A DNA stretch of 64,000 nt from Candidatus Sumerlaeaceae bacterium (lineage in GTDB: Bacteria; Sumerlaeota; Sumerlaeia; Sumerlaeales; Sumerlaeaceae). The notes under the pieces are model-generated. The model saw nothing but the letters and a program-made list of their open reading frames with translations, had not been told where the DNA came from and did no database searches. Shown piece after piece: positions 48,070 to 58,585 of the stretch. Numbering within the stretch: position 1 is the first letter of the stretch; each line of letters begins with the position of its first letter. Location: contig JBPCLP010000021.1 in NCBI GenBank assembly GCA_051003195.1, positions 192,001-256,000 of the forward strand, in the 5' to 3' direction. The translations under genes and the position numbers were made by a program.

Positions 48070-48510
48070 ATGTCTGAAAACTTCATCGAAATGGAATTGC
48101 GGGAAATTCAGACTTCTGACGACCCGCGTGATCATCCGATCATTGTACTCGCCGAAAAAAATGGTGAGCGGGAATTCCCAATTTACATCGGGCCCGTGGA
48201 AGCAAAAGCCCTTGAGGACGTCGTACTTGGCGAGCCGCGACTGGCCGAGCACCTGAGGCGTCCGATGACGCATGACCTTGTACTGAACTGCATTGATGGG
48301 CTTGGCTCTGCAATTGTGCGAGTCCTGGTGACGAAGCTTGAAAAATCCACGTTCATCGGTGCAATCGAATTGCGTAGTACAAATGGCACCGTTGTGCGGG
48401 TCGATTCCCGCCCAAGTGACGCAATGATCCTTGCGATGAAACGCAATTCTCCGGTCTTTGTGGAGGAGCAGGTGCTTCGGGACGTGCAGCGCGGGATCGA
48501 GAACCCCTGA
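48070..48510 (+). CDS. Bifunctional nuclease family protein (DUF151)
   Basis: FPIYIGPVEA, RPMTHDL, DSRPSDAMILA. Confidence 0.93.
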   Translation: MSENFIEMELREIQTSDDPRDHPIIVLAEKNGEREFPIYIGPVEAKALEDVVLGEPRLAEHLRRPMTHDLVLNCIDGLGSAIVRVLVTKLEKSTFIGAIELRSTNGTVVRVDSRPSDAMILAMKRNSPVFVEEQVLRDVQRGIENP

Positions 48511-48554
48511 TCACCGCGAAACTTAAGGCCCGCAGCGGTCAAGCACCTGGTAAA

Positions 48555-51500
48555 GTGATTCCATTTTTCAGGGCTGTGTTCTTCATTTCCACCGCTCTGG
48601 CACTACTCTGCGGTGCAGTGTCGGCGGCCCCGGCGGGTGAGGCTGGTGTAGAGTTCGTCGGCCAGTTCAACGTACAGAATGCGAACGTCCGGATCTCGGG
48701 AGCGCCCACCGAAGAGAGCGCGGCGTTGTTGTCCGGCAGCCGCACGGGTTCCGATTTTCATGTGATACTGAGTGCCTTGCCAAGTGACGCGTTGGTCGAG
48801 ATTGAACTGGGCTTTGCAGAACTTGCCAATGCGCAGCCAGGGCAGCGGGTTTTCGACGTCGACATTAACGAAAAGCGGGCGCTCAGCAGCTTTGACATTG
48901 CGGCAACCGCAGGTGGGCCGAATCAGGCGGTGATTCGGCGCTTCACCATTACACCCAAACGTGGGTTCCTGGACTTTCACTTTATCGGGAGTGCTGGCGA
49001 GGCCAGCATAAACTACATCCGCGTTCGAGGGCGCGGCTTTACCCGTATAGTCTCTGTTCCTGTTGATACAACAACACCGTCGATGCAGGAGGATCCAGAT
49101 GCGCTTCCGACGAACCTTCCGTCTTTAAACCCGGAAACCGCAGAGGTTCTGCAGGATGAGATGTCGCCGACATGGCCGACGGGATTTCCGCTGGGCGGAA
49201 TAGGGACCGGCAAATTTGAAATCCTGCCAAATGGAGAATTCGCAAACCTGACGATCAGCAATTCCTGGGACCTGCCCGTGGGCCGTGTACCGGGGACGTT
49301 TTTCGCGATTGGTGCAAAATCACAGTCGGGAAGTGGGACTGGCAAATTGCTCCGCGTGCGACCCGCGGGTGTTGGTGGTTCGGGCAACTACCTGAACGCC
49401 AAGACGTTCCTGTCGTGTGTTTTCAAAGGCATCTTCCCAGTAGCACAATGGGTGTTCAGAGACGACAAGATGCCGCTGGAAGTGACGCTGGAAGGCTGGT
49501 CATCGCTTGTGCCGCAGGACGTTGGCGATTCTTCGCTCCCGGCGGCGGTGCTGTATGTGCACTTGCGCAACCCGCGATCTTACCCCGTATCCGCGGGCGT
49601 TGCTTTTTCTTGGGAAGATGTGAATGGCCGCGGCGGCTCCCGCAATAAGGGTGACCAGTTTGGTTATGCAGGCTCTGCAGTTTTTTCAGACGCTGCCACA
49701 TCATCTATCCAGGGCGTGCTTATTCGCAGCACGGCTTCTGCCGAAGGCCGGCGCGGCACATTCATCGGGGACTATTTCATAGGGACACCGGTTAAACGCG
49801 CCGTTGTGACCCGTCAGCTCTATTGGGATCCGCGCAGTGCGGAGATCCCGTGGTGGCGAAGCTTTACCAACAGGATGCGCCTCGAAAAAGTAGGGCCAGT
49901 TCCATCCAGCATCGCGCCTGCAGCCAGCGGTATGCGCACGGCCAATCGAGGGCCTGGCGCGGCGGTAATTTGCGCCACTGTGAATCTCGCGCCAAAGGAG
50001 AGGCGGCGCATTCCATTCATCGTGGCATGGTACGCACCGAAACTGACAACGATCGCCTCTGCGAATGTGCCGGCGACGACCGAACAACAGGACTATTCGA
50101 CAACGTTTGGGTCATCACTCGGGGTTGCATCGTATGTCGCCACAAATCGAATCCGTCTTCAGGCTGGAACTTCTGAATGGCAGTCGATGGTGCTTCGCTC
50201 AAATCTGCCCCTCTGGTTGAAATCACATGTGCTGAATTCGCTATCCACTATTGTCTCAAACTCCGTTCTACTTCAGGGACGGCGCTACTCGACGCTCGAA
50301 TCACCAGGTGAGATGGGAGGCATGATGGGTCCCCTTGATCACCGTCTTGCGTCTCAACCGTTCCTGACGACTATGTACCCGAGCCTGGATCGCAGCGAAT
50401 TAGAATTGTACGGCAAGGCGCAAAGCGAAAGCGGACACCTGCCGCGCTACATCGGAAATATCCATGGTGGCTGGACCGGCCTGGATGCACGGCTGCTTGG
50501 CCAGGATTGGTCGGACCCGACGGCGGCCTGGGTCATGCAAGCAGCAGCACACTTCCACGCACGTGGTGAGCGCGAATTTGCGGACACCATTCGCCCTGCA
50601 CTGGATAAAGCCGTCGCATACCTGGAGAAGAGCGACACGAGTGGCGATCATCTTCCGGATACGGGTTGTTTCTTCGACAACTCCAGTCCTTCCGGCGCTG
50701 ATGCCGCCTACAAGTCAATGAATCACAGTGCGGCGTTGCGCGCTGCTGCCGGCATTTACCATGCTCTGGAGGATTTCGCATCTGAGAAAAGAATAAGCAG
50801 CGCCGCCCTCGCGACAAACCAAGCGGCGACTCGTCTGCTGTCCGGCTACGGTTCGGCCAGCGCGACCTCCTCAACATTTGCTGCAGCACTGGCAGGTGAC
50901 TGGTGTTTACGATCGCATGGCAGCGGTGCGGCAACCAGTGATGGAGTCGCCACAGGCGTACTGACCTCGCTCTTCGCAAAGCACGCACAGGAAAACAAAC
51001 CCGTTCTTCCGATGGAAGTAACCGCAGACAACCCTGTCACGCGCGGGATCGCTTCCTTCCCGGGACTGCTGCAAGCCTATCTTGGAGCAGAGGCGATCCT
51101 GCTGGGCGCAGTGGACCTGGGGATCGAAATGTTTGCGCGTGCGCAGGAAGTATCGACACGGGTTCAGCACAGCCCATGGCGGCAGGCGCTGACCGCAACG
51201 GTGCCTGAGGGCACAAAGCCGCGTCTTCGCTCGCATATGAGTTCACCCGCCGCATGGACGGTGCTTCCTGCGCTCTCGGGTGCGTTTCTGGATGTGCCCA
51301 CGAAAACGCTCTACCTTGATCCTAAAGTTCCTTCGTCTTTACCCGATCATGAAATTACCATACCGGTGTTTACCTCTGCCTTCTGGGGCTGGCTTGATTA
51401 CAATGCAGATACTTCAACCGGCACGCTTGCGGTCACCAAGGTGTTTCCAGCCTTTGCAAATTTTGAAATCGCGCGAGTCGCGCAACGGCAGGACGTGAAT

Positions 51501-51752
51501 GGCGCGCTGATAAGTGAAAGGCGATTGCAGCCAAGCTTCACCTTACGAGACGGGGAGCTACTGCGCTTTGAGGGCTGGCCAGCAAGAGCAGACGGTCAGT
51601 TGCGAGCAGAGACTCCCGGTTTAGCTGCTGTGGACGACACAGACACAACCGAAACATTAAGTGAAGATGCAGAGAGTACGTCTGGAAACGTTTTAACGCA
51701 GGATGCTTCTACCACAGACACCGTAACTTCCGAGACAAAATACGGACCGTAA
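48555..51752 (+). CDS. GH116-like glycoside hydrolase with N-terminal malectin-like domain
   Basis: LGFAEL...GQRVFDVDIN...FDI (malectin); GFPLGGIGTG, SSLVPQD..DSSLPA (GH116 N-domain); signal peptide. Confidence 0.85.
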   Translation: MIPFFRAVFFISTALALLCGAVSAAPAGEAGVEFVGQFNVQNANVRISGAPTEESAALLSGSRTGSDFHVILSALPSDALVEIELGFAELANAQPGQRVFDVDINEKRALSSFDIAATAGGPNQAVIRRFTITPKRGFLDFHFIGSAGEASINYIRVRGRGFTRIVSVPVDTTTPSMQEDPDALPTNLPSLNPETAEVLQDEMSPTWPTGFPLGGIGTGKFEILPNGEFANLTISNSWDLPVGRVPGTFFAIGAKSQSGSGTGKLLRVRPAGVGGSGNYLNAKTFLSCVFKGIFPVAQWVFRDDKMPLEVTLEGWSSLVPQDVGDSSLPAAVLYVHLRNPRSYPVSAGVAFSWEDVNGRGGSRNKGDQFGYAGSAVFSDAATSSIQGVLIRSTASAEGRRGTFIGDYFIGTPVKRAVVTRQLYWDPRSAEIPWWRSFTNRMRLEKVGPVPSSIAPAASGMRTANRGPGAAVICATVNLAPKERRRIPFIVAWYAPKLTTIASANVPATTEQQDYSTTFGSSLGVASYVATNRIRLQAGTSEWQSMVLRSNLPLWLKSHVLNSLSTIVSNSVLLQGRRYSTLESPGEMGGMMGPLDHRLASQPFLTTMYPSLDRSELELYGKAQSESGHLPRYIGNIHGGWTGLDARLLGQDWSDPTAAWVMQAAAHFHARGEREFADTIRPALDKAVAYLEKSDTSGDHLPDTGCFFDNSSPSGADAAYKSMNHSAALRAAAGIYHALEDFASEKRISSAALATNQAATRLLSGYGSASATSSTFAAALAGDWCLRSHGSGAATSDGVATGVLTSLFAKHAQENKPVLPMEVTADNPVTRGIASFPGLLQAYLGAEAILLGAVDLGIEMFARAQEVSTRVQHSPWRQALTATVPEGTKPRLRSHMSSPAAWTVLPALSGAFLDVPTKTLYLDPKVPSSLPDHEITIPVFTSAFWGWLDYNADTSTGTLAVTKVFPAFANFEIARVAQRQDVNGALISERRLQPSFTLRDGELLRFEGWPARADGQLRAETPGLAAVDDTDTTETLSEDAESTSGNVLTQDASTTDTVTSETKYGP

Positions 51753-51774
51753 GCAGTGCGAGGGACGAGTGGGC

Positions 51775-52428
51775 TCAGCGGTCGTTGAGATTCAAACGAG
51801 TTGCGGGTGTGGCAGTTCTTTTGGGGGCCCGAACGCGCACGGCAGGTTCGTCACCGCCTGGTTGCGGTGAAGGTGCTGCCTGAAGATCGTACAAGCTGGT
51901 AATAGGCGTCTTCTTTGCACGTGCGGAATTTTCCGCACGCGGCGCAGGTGCCGGTGTTGGTGTGCGTGTCACCTCGGGACGTGGCGTGGATCTACTTGCC
52001 GCGGCCGTTGGCGTTTCTGGCGCAGGCAGTTCTGCGTCAGGAGCGGTCTCTGGACGAGGCGTCTCATTGCTGGACTTGCGGGTTTCGGTCGATGCGCTGG
52101 CAGGAGCAGGCGATTGCTGTGCGGGAGCTGACTTTTCAACCGGCTCGGCGGCAGGCGTGCCCGTCAATCGTGCGCCGAGGTTGGCTGCGAAATCGCGCAG
52201 GGTTTCTTTTTTCTTCGTTTGAACTACTACGGGCGCAGCAACCTGCACAGGCGCTTCCCGCTCCTTTAATCCCGACTTCCATTTGGTGACTTCCGCTTCC
52301 AGGACGCGGCAACGATGGAAGTAATAATACATCAGCCCGGTCGAGATCAGTAGCAATACGAAGATCAGCAGTGTAAATGTCGCGCCGCCACGGCAGCATC
52401 GCGTTTTAGTGATCAGACCGTCTCGCAT
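51775..52428 (-). CDS. Hypothetical single-TM protein with Pro/Thr/Ala-rich tail
   Basis: One TM segment, short coiled coil and low-complexity C-terminus. Confidence 0.6.
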   Translation of the reverse strand: MRDGLITKTRCCRGGATFTLLIFVLLLISTGLMYYYFHRCRVLEAEVTKWKSGLKEREAPVQVAAPVVVQTKKKETLRDFAANLGARLTGTPAAEPVEKSAPAQQSPAPASASTETRKSSNETPRPETAPDAELPAPETPTAAASRSTPRPEVTRTPTPAPAPRAENSARAKKTPITSLYDLQAAPSPQPGGDEPAVRVRAPKRTATPATRLNLNDR

Positions 52429-52521
52429 GTCTTATCAGTTCATGTCATTTTCTATCGGCGAACACCGGTTGTGGCGAAAGCGTAGTGGCGAGACTGGCAG
52501 GAAGGTTTGCGATTGCAAGAG

Positions 52522-53919
52522 TCAGAACGCGCCGCGCCCGAAAATTACAGCAGGAATGGTTTTCAGCAGGATGACAATGTCGAACAGGAGGCTCTGGTTT
52601 TTGATGTAGTAGAAGTCATATTCCATGTTCATGGAAAGTGGCAGGTTTTTTCTACCTACGATTTGCCATAATCCAGTAATGCCGGGCTTCACGTCAAGCC
52701 GGCGCTTTTGCCACTCCTCGTATTTTTCCACGAGAAACGGCATTTCAGGGCGCGGGCCTACCATGCTCATGTCACCAGATATGACATTGTAAAGCTGGGG
52801 AAACTCATCGATACTGGTGCGGCGCAGAAACCTTCCGAAGCGTGTAATGCGAGGGTCTTCGGGATCGGTGGGCGCCTTGCTGTAAGGTTCGACATCGGTT
52901 CGCATGGTGCGGAATTTAAACAGGCGAAAGCGTCGCCCGGAACGACCCACGCGCTCTTGCGTAAAGATTGCGGGTCCACGCGAATCCAGCCGGATAATTA
53001 AAGCGATGAGAAGCATGAAAGTCCCGGCGAGCAGCAACAGCCCGCATGCCACCACGAGATCAAGCGCTCGCTTCAAAGCCGCCTGGAGCGGCGTCAGCCT
53101 GGTGTTTTTGAGGTGCACGACGGGCACCTCGTCTATGATGTCGATCCGCACCTGGGAGGTAATGACTTCGAACAGGTTCGACACCAGGTTGAACTGAACG
53201 CCGTGGTGCTCGCATGCCGACACAAGGTTCAGCACCTCGGTTTGAGGCATCCGGGGAACCGCGAGGAAAACCTCGTCGACCTGATTTGACAGTAAAATGG
53301 ATTCCAGTTCCGCCGCCGAACCCAGAACCGGGTGCTCGAGGATTTTCGCAAGCGGTGTCCGGCGCTTTCGTGGATCCACAAAACCTACAAACCGGTAGCC
53401 GCCTTCAGGATGGTGAACAATTCGGCTCATGACACGTCGTGCGGTACGTCCGATCCCGACTACCAGTACATTGGTGACGCCGATTCCGCGGCGAATTTTT
53501 GCCTGTTTCCAGGCTCGCAGGGCGGTGCGCGATGCATAAAGCCAGATAAAAAAAAGCGCGGCCGACAGGCCAATAATGAAGCGGCCAATGTCCCACTGCT
53601 TGAAAACATAAGCAATCGCGAGCGAGCCGACCAGTCCTGCGAAAAAGGTTTTCACCAGGCCGGATGCCTGGTTTAAACCCGTCACTTTTCCGCGATGAGT
53701 GTAAAGCCCATAGTACCAGCAGCACGTGCACCAGAAGGGAAGATAAACAGGGAGCGCGAGAAAGTAACTCCGGATCGGATTGATTGGAACGCGCACAATT
53801 CCACGATCGGCAAGGTAGTCGCGCAGCCAGTAGCTGCCGAGCCAGATGCCTGTAAAAACCAGCGCGTCGACAGCGACGAGGATGACTGTAAGTTGCCGAC
53901 TCTTCAGCAACTGATTCAT
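52522..53919 (-). CDS. Undecaprenyl-phosphate sugar phosphotransferase (WcaJ/WbaP family)
   Basis: KRALDL, FKFRTM, DPRITRFGRFLRRTSIDEFPQL, SMVGPRPE, KPGITGLWQ. Confidence 0.95.
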   Translation of the reverse strand: MNQLLKSRQLTVILVAVDALVFTGIWLGSYWLRDYLADRGIVRVPINPIRSYFLALPVYLPFWCTCCWYYGLYTHRGKVTGLNQASGLVKTFFAGLVGSLAIAYVFKQWDIGRFIIGLSAALFFIWLYASRTALRAWKQAKIRRGIGVTNVLVVGIGRTARRVMSRIVHHPEGGYRFVGFVDPRKRRTPLAKILEHPVLGSAAELESILLSNQVDEVFLAVPRMPQTEVLNLVSACEHHGVQFNLVSNLFEVITSQVRIDIIDEVPVVHLKNTRLTPLQAALKRALDLVVACGLLLLAGTFMLLIALIIRLDSRGPAIFTQERVGRSGRRFRLFKFRTMRTDVEPYSKAPTDPEDPRITRFGRFLRRTSIDEFPQLYNVISGDMSMVGPRPEMPFLVEKYEEWQKRRLDVKPGITGLWQIVGRKNLPLSMNMEYDFYYIKNQSLLFDIVILLKTIPAVIFGRGAF

Positions 53920-54174
53920 ATTTGTGATCTCAGGACTATAGCAGCTCTCCGTGGCGTGCGACACTGGTGAACTGCAATGTCTGCCACATATCAAAGCATT
54001 TTATGAATCTAAAATGGGGCAGTGGGGCAAGATTCCAACTCCCAATTAACACCTGTCGCTGCAACATTTAAGGTAGTTGCGGAGCCCGTAATTCAACCTG
54101 TTATCTGCTTGACCCATCTGCCTCGGCCCTTTTCGCTGCATTTCGAGAATTCACGCTAATCTGGGAGCCACGAT

Positions 54175-57129
54175 TTGAAAGCTGGAAGCTTGAGGACATT
54201 GACCGCATTTGCAGTAAGCTGCGGCATCGTCGCTGCCCATGCGCAACATATGGATAATGCGCCGTCCGCGGCGATGCCTGTATCAGCTCCTGCTCTCGCA
54301 AATCCAGCGGGACTTCCGGCGACGGCAGCGCCCGCCATTCCAACGCCATCGGATGCTGCAACGGTCGCGAGCACGACAGCATCTCTGCCTCCACCGGCAA
54401 TGTTGCCCGGCTCCACCATTGTGGCGCTCAGCCCGCCCGCAGGCGCGGGAACCAACCTGAGCCGCAGCGATTTTGTTCGAGCGATATGGGTCGACGCGCA
54501 GAAGCCTGCACTGCGGACGCCCGAAGGTATCAAGAAGCTGGTAGCAGATTGTCGTGATGCCGGATTCGACACAATTTATGCCCAGGTACGTGCAAATGGT
54601 GATGCGCTGTATGCGACAACATTGGCGCCGACTGCGGTCGGGCTTGCGCCAGGCTACGATGGGCTTAAGCTTTTACTCGAAGAAGCCAAAGCCGGAAGCA
54701 AGCCTTTGCATGTTCACGCGCTTCTGGTTGTTTATCGAGTCTGGTCCTCCTCCGCAGATGCATCCGCAGAACACGTAACCAAACAACATCCGGAATGGCT
54801 CACGGTAGCCGAAGATGGTTCGAAAGCGTTGGAAAATGGGGAGAGCTGGCTGGATCCCGGCGTAACTGCCGTGCAGGATCACCTCGCGTTGATCGCCACA
54901 GACCTTGTTAAGAATTATGCCGTCGAAGGAATTCAGCTCGATCGAATACGGTATCCCGAGCTGGACCCAAAGACCAATCCCAACGCAAAGCTTCTAACAG
55001 GTTACAGCCAGGCGGCCGTTGACCGGTACAACCAGGAGAAGGGTAAAACCGGAAAACCTAAACCCACCGATGCGGACTGGGTTGCGTGGCGGCGAGACCA
55101 GGTCACCGAAACAGTTCGCAAGATTCGAGAAGCTGTTCGCGCTGTGCGGCCCAACGTGCAGATTTCTGCCGGTGCTATTACTTTCGGGGCCCCTCCGCAC
55201 TCACGCGAGGAATATGTGAGTCAGAGCGCTCCATATACTTCAGTGCTCGAGGACTGGGTTGGCTGGGGTGAGAAGGGCCTTGTCGACACGAACGTACTTA
55301 TGAATTTCAAGGCGGTTGACCGAGGGCTCCAGGCGGACTTTGAAGCGTGGCAGGATTTCGCACTCGCCAACAAAGGCAAAGCGAAAATGGTCATCGGTAT
55401 CGGTGGCTTTCTGAACGATCCGCGCTACACGGCCGCACAAATGCTGCTGCCCGTTTTTCAACCCAAAGCCGATGGCGTGGCGCTGTACAGCTACAACGAT
55501 ACCTATCGTGACACCCCGTACGATCGCGATCTCTCTTTTGTGCGCCCGGTGCTTGAAGCAACAGCGCTCAATTTAAAATCCGCTGACGTTGCAGCGGCGG
55601 TTGCCAAACCGCTGGAGAAGAGTACTCCTCTTCAGGAGCAACTTGCGAAGCTCGATGCTTCTGCCGCAGCGGCGGGGATAAATGCACCGGTTACTCAGAC
55701 CGTTGCAGCCGCCGCGCCGGCTGCTGCTGTTATCGCCGCGCCCGTGTCGCCGTTGCCCGGAAGCAGTGCTTCCACCGTCGCATCGTTGCCGCAACTTGGT
55801 GCGTCGAGTTCGGCGCCCATACCGAACATGCCTGCACTTGGCGCGGCGAGCTCTAATCTGCCACCGTCAGGAGCTTCCAATGCGATGCCATCGTTGCCGG
55901 GAACTGCGGGGTCTACGGCGAGCACAGGTGCAGGCGGACTGCCCAGCTTGAGTGCGGCGATCGCTGGTAGCACACCGGGACCCGGCAGTATGCCAACATT
56001 ACCGGGAGCTTCCGCGGCGGCTGCGCCCGGGATGCCGTCACTGCCAGGACCTTTGACAGGAACGATGCCTTCGCTATCGACCGCCGCTGCCGGACCGGGT
56101 GCGGTCAACTCCATGCCTGCACTGCCCGGCGGAACTACGGCTCGCAGTAGCCTGCCTGCGTTGCCTGGTAATAGCACAACTGCGGCATTGCCGCCGCTGA
56201 CGGACGTTGTGCCGGGTGCTTCGGCAAACAGCCCGATCCCGCCTTTAAGCAGTATTACTTCGGCGGGTACGCCAAATCCGTTTGCGCCATCTGGCGATAC
56301 TAGCATCGCATCTGTGCCGTCGCTGCCTTCCCTTAGTGCGCCAGCATTGCCGAGCACCGGCGTCAGCGGTTCTGTCGCAATTCTCGGCATGACACCGGAA
56401 TCGCAAAAGGTGATCCCTGAATCACCCATTGCGCCGCTTAGTACATTGGGTACACCTGCGCCGGGGGTACACGTTGAAGTTCCCTCGTTTGCTGCGACCT
56501 CGGTATCGCCTTTCGGAAATGTTTCAGTAACAGTTGAACCGCCTGTTGGCACACCGATTATGTCCCTTGCTCCCATTCCGGGCGGCGCCCCGACGACGAC
56601 TTTAAGTGTGCCCGGCACGTCGGCAAATACCAGCGTAAATATTCCAAGCCTTGGTGGATCCACCAACTTTGACGGCAAGGCAATTGGGGCAGCCGCACCG
56701 GCCTCTCCGCTGATTACTCCGCCGACCATCCTGACCCCGGCGCCTGGGTACAATAACGAGGGGCAGCCGATCAATGTCGGAAAGCAAACGGTGCTGGATG
56801 CGCCTCAGGTTCAGCGGATGGATTTCTCAGAACGGCAGTCGGCCTATGGCACGCCAAATCCCGCAAATGAGATCAGGAACTTCACGACCGCTAACATTCG
56901 CAAGGAACGCCAGGATCTTATCGCAATGCCGCCCTCACCTGCGCCTCTTGAGGTTGTCGTTCTAAAGAGCGGGAAAGAATTCGCAGGTCGTGTTTTGCAG
57001 CGCGGCACGGTCTGGCGAATACAACTTCCTAACGGCAGCATCATGAACCTTCCAGGCGAGAAGATCGCCAGTACCCGTTCTACAGAATCTGCTCCACAGA
57101 ATGTGAACAGTACGCCTGTGCCTCTATAA
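54175..57129 (+). CDS. Glycosyl hydrolase-like 10 (YddW/DigH-type) protein with long Pro-rich repeat tail
   Basis: RAIWV, YAQVRANGDALY, HPEWL, WLDPG, GIQLDRIRYP, WRRDQVT; many [LM]PxL repeats. TTG start uncertain. Confidence 0.85.
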   Translation: MKAGSLRTLTAFAVSCGIVAAHAQHMDNAPSAAMPVSAPALANPAGLPATAAPAIPTPSDAATVASTTASLPPPAMLPGSTIVALSPPAGAGTNLSRSDFVRAIWVDAQKPALRTPEGIKKLVADCRDAGFDTIYAQVRANGDALYATTLAPTAVGLAPGYDGLKLLLEEAKAGSKPLHVHALLVVYRVWSSSADASAEHVTKQHPEWLTVAEDGSKALENGESWLDPGVTAVQDHLALIATDLVKNYAVEGIQLDRIRYPELDPKTNPNAKLLTGYSQAAVDRYNQEKGKTGKPKPTDADWVAWRRDQVTETVRKIREAVRAVRPNVQISAGAITFGAPPHSREEYVSQSAPYTSVLEDWVGWGEKGLVDTNVLMNFKAVDRGLQADFEAWQDFALANKGKAKMVIGIGGFLNDPRYTAAQMLLPVFQPKADGVALYSYNDTYRDTPYDRDLSFVRPVLEATALNLKSADVAAAVAKPLEKSTPLQEQLAKLDASAAAAGINAPVTQTVAAAAPAAAVIAAPVSPLPGSSASTVASLPQLGASSSAPIPNMPALGAASSNLPPSGASNAMPSLPGTAGSTASTGAGGLPSLSAAIAGSTPGPGSMPTLPGASAAAAPGMPSLPGPLTGTMPSLSTAAAGPGAVNSMPALPGGTTARSSLPALPGNSTTAALPPLTDVVPGASANSPIPPLSSITSAGTPNPFAPSGDTSIASVPSLPSLSAPALPSTGVSGSVAILGMTPESQKVIPESPIAPLSTLGTPAPGVHVEVPSFAATSVSPFGNVSVTVEPPVGTPIMSLAPIPGGAPTTTLSVPGTSANTSVNIPSLGGSTNFDGKAIGAAAPASPLITPPTILTPAPGYNNEGQPINVGKQTVLDAPQVQRMDFSERQSAYGTPNPANEIRNFTTANIRKERQDLIAMPPSPAPLEVVVLKSGKEFAGRVLQRGTVWRIQLPNGSIMNLPGEKIASTRSTESAPQNVNSTPVPL

Positions 57130-57228
57130 TCAGGCTGTCCCGATAGCATCAACCGTTGCTATTGACACACCTGCCGGTCGGCCCGGAACCTGACTGTTTA
57201 ATTCTGACGGAGTCGCCCGGTACCTGAA

Positions 57229-58554
57229 GTGAGTATTTTACAGCGATATGTACTGCGTGAGCTGTTGGGCCCGTTATCGATGGGTCTGATCGTATTCACC
57301 TTTGTCGTGCTGATTGGACGGGTGTTCAGGTTGACCGACATTCTGCTCAACAGCAATATCCCCGGCAGCCTTGCGGGAGAACTGATCCTGCTGCTGATGC
57401 CCGGCATTTTATCGTGGACGATACCGATGGCGGTTCTCGTGGCGATTCTGCTGGCGGTGGGTCGGCTGGCGGCGGATCGGGAAATCCTCGCGATCCGTAC
57501 CTCAGGGGTAAATCTTTTCCATATCTGTATCCCCATCCTGCTGTTGGCGAGTGCGCTCACGGCTTTGATGATGCTGGCGAACCAGCGACTCATTCCTTAT
57601 CTGCATCAGCGAACCGCCGATGTCGGCATGCAGCTGGAGTTTCATGTCTTATCTGCGCTTGCGCCTGGAATAGTACAGGAGCTTCCGAGTGAGGGCAAGG
57701 GCAGCGATACGAGGTTCTTTTATGACCAGAAGAAGGCGGACGGCAGTGGCGAAATGAGGGGCGTCATGATGTACATGGAACTCCCATCAGAGGAGGTTCA
57801 GGCCCGGACGAAGGCTTCCTCAGGGGCTGGCGGTATAACGGACACAAAGAAGACTGCGAGACAGAACAACAACAAGGCGAGTGGCAAAGAGGCCACGGCG
57901 CAAACTCAAGCGACCGCGAAGTCCGCTGATGAGCGACCAAAGAAGCAGCTCCCAAGACGTGAGAGGGAGCGTCGCAAGCTGCTGCAAAAAGAATATAGCG
58001 ATATGAACGAGGCACTGGTGGTGGCGCAGTCGGCTCGTATCGTGCCGGATATCAGCCAACGCGTGCTGAACTTCGAACTAACCTCCGGTTCGATCCATTT
58101 TTCGAACGCTGGCAAGCCCGGCGCTTACGACCTGGTGCGTTTTGACACTATGAGGAAGGGCTACGTCCCTGTTTTCGCACGTACGGAAGAGGGCTACTAC
58201 ATAAAGAAGACCAACGAAATGAGCAGTGCGGAGCTGATGCAGTCGCGCAGAGAGGCCGGAAACAAGCGCGGCGCACGCTTTATGGTGGAACTTCTGCAGC
58301 GCTACTCCGTACCACTGGCGTGCATAGCTTTTGCGCTTATTGCCATCCCACTGGCCGTGTATGTGCGACCGACCGGCAAAGCGATTGCATTTGCCATGTC
58401 CTTTTTGCTTATATTGGTCTATTACGGCCTCCTGCAATATGGCATTGCCCTTGGTAAAAATGGAAGCACACTTGGCGCAGTTGCTATTTTTTTGCCGAAT
58501 GTACTGTTGATGAGCGTTGGCTCGATCCTGCTCTACCGGATGGTATTAAAGTGA
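57229..58554 (+). CDS. LptF/LptG family LPS export permease
   Basis: LQRYVLRELL, IPMAVL, GRLAADREILAIRTSG, RYSVPLACIAFALIAIPL, LPNV. Confidence 0.92.
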   Translation: MSILQRYVLRELLGPLSMGLIVFTFVVLIGRVFRLTDILLNSNIPGSLAGELILLLMPGILSWTIPMAVLVAILLAVGRLAADREILAIRTSGVNLFHICIPILLLASALTALMMLANQRLIPYLHQRTADVGMQLEFHVLSALAPGIVQELPSEGKGSDTRFFYDQKKADGSGEMRGVMMYMELPSEEVQARTKASSGAGGITDTKKTARQNNNKASGKEATAQTQATAKSADERPKKQLPRRERERRKLLQKEYSDMNEALVVAQSARIVPDISQRVLNFELTSGSIHFSNAGKPGAYDLVRFDTMRKGYVPVFARTEEGYYIKKTNEMSSAELMQSRREAGNKRGARFMVELLQRYSVPLACIAFALIAIPLAVYVRPTGKAIAFAMSFLLILVYYGLLQYGIALGKNGSTLGAVAIFLPNVLLMSVGSILLYRMVLK

Positions 58555-58585
58555 GACGGCTCGCCGCCGCAAAAGAACTGTTCCG

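Noticed and set aside
55695..56774. 359-aa Gly-rich antisense ORF
   Set aside because: Mirror of the Pro/Ala/Ser-rich repeat region on the plus strand.
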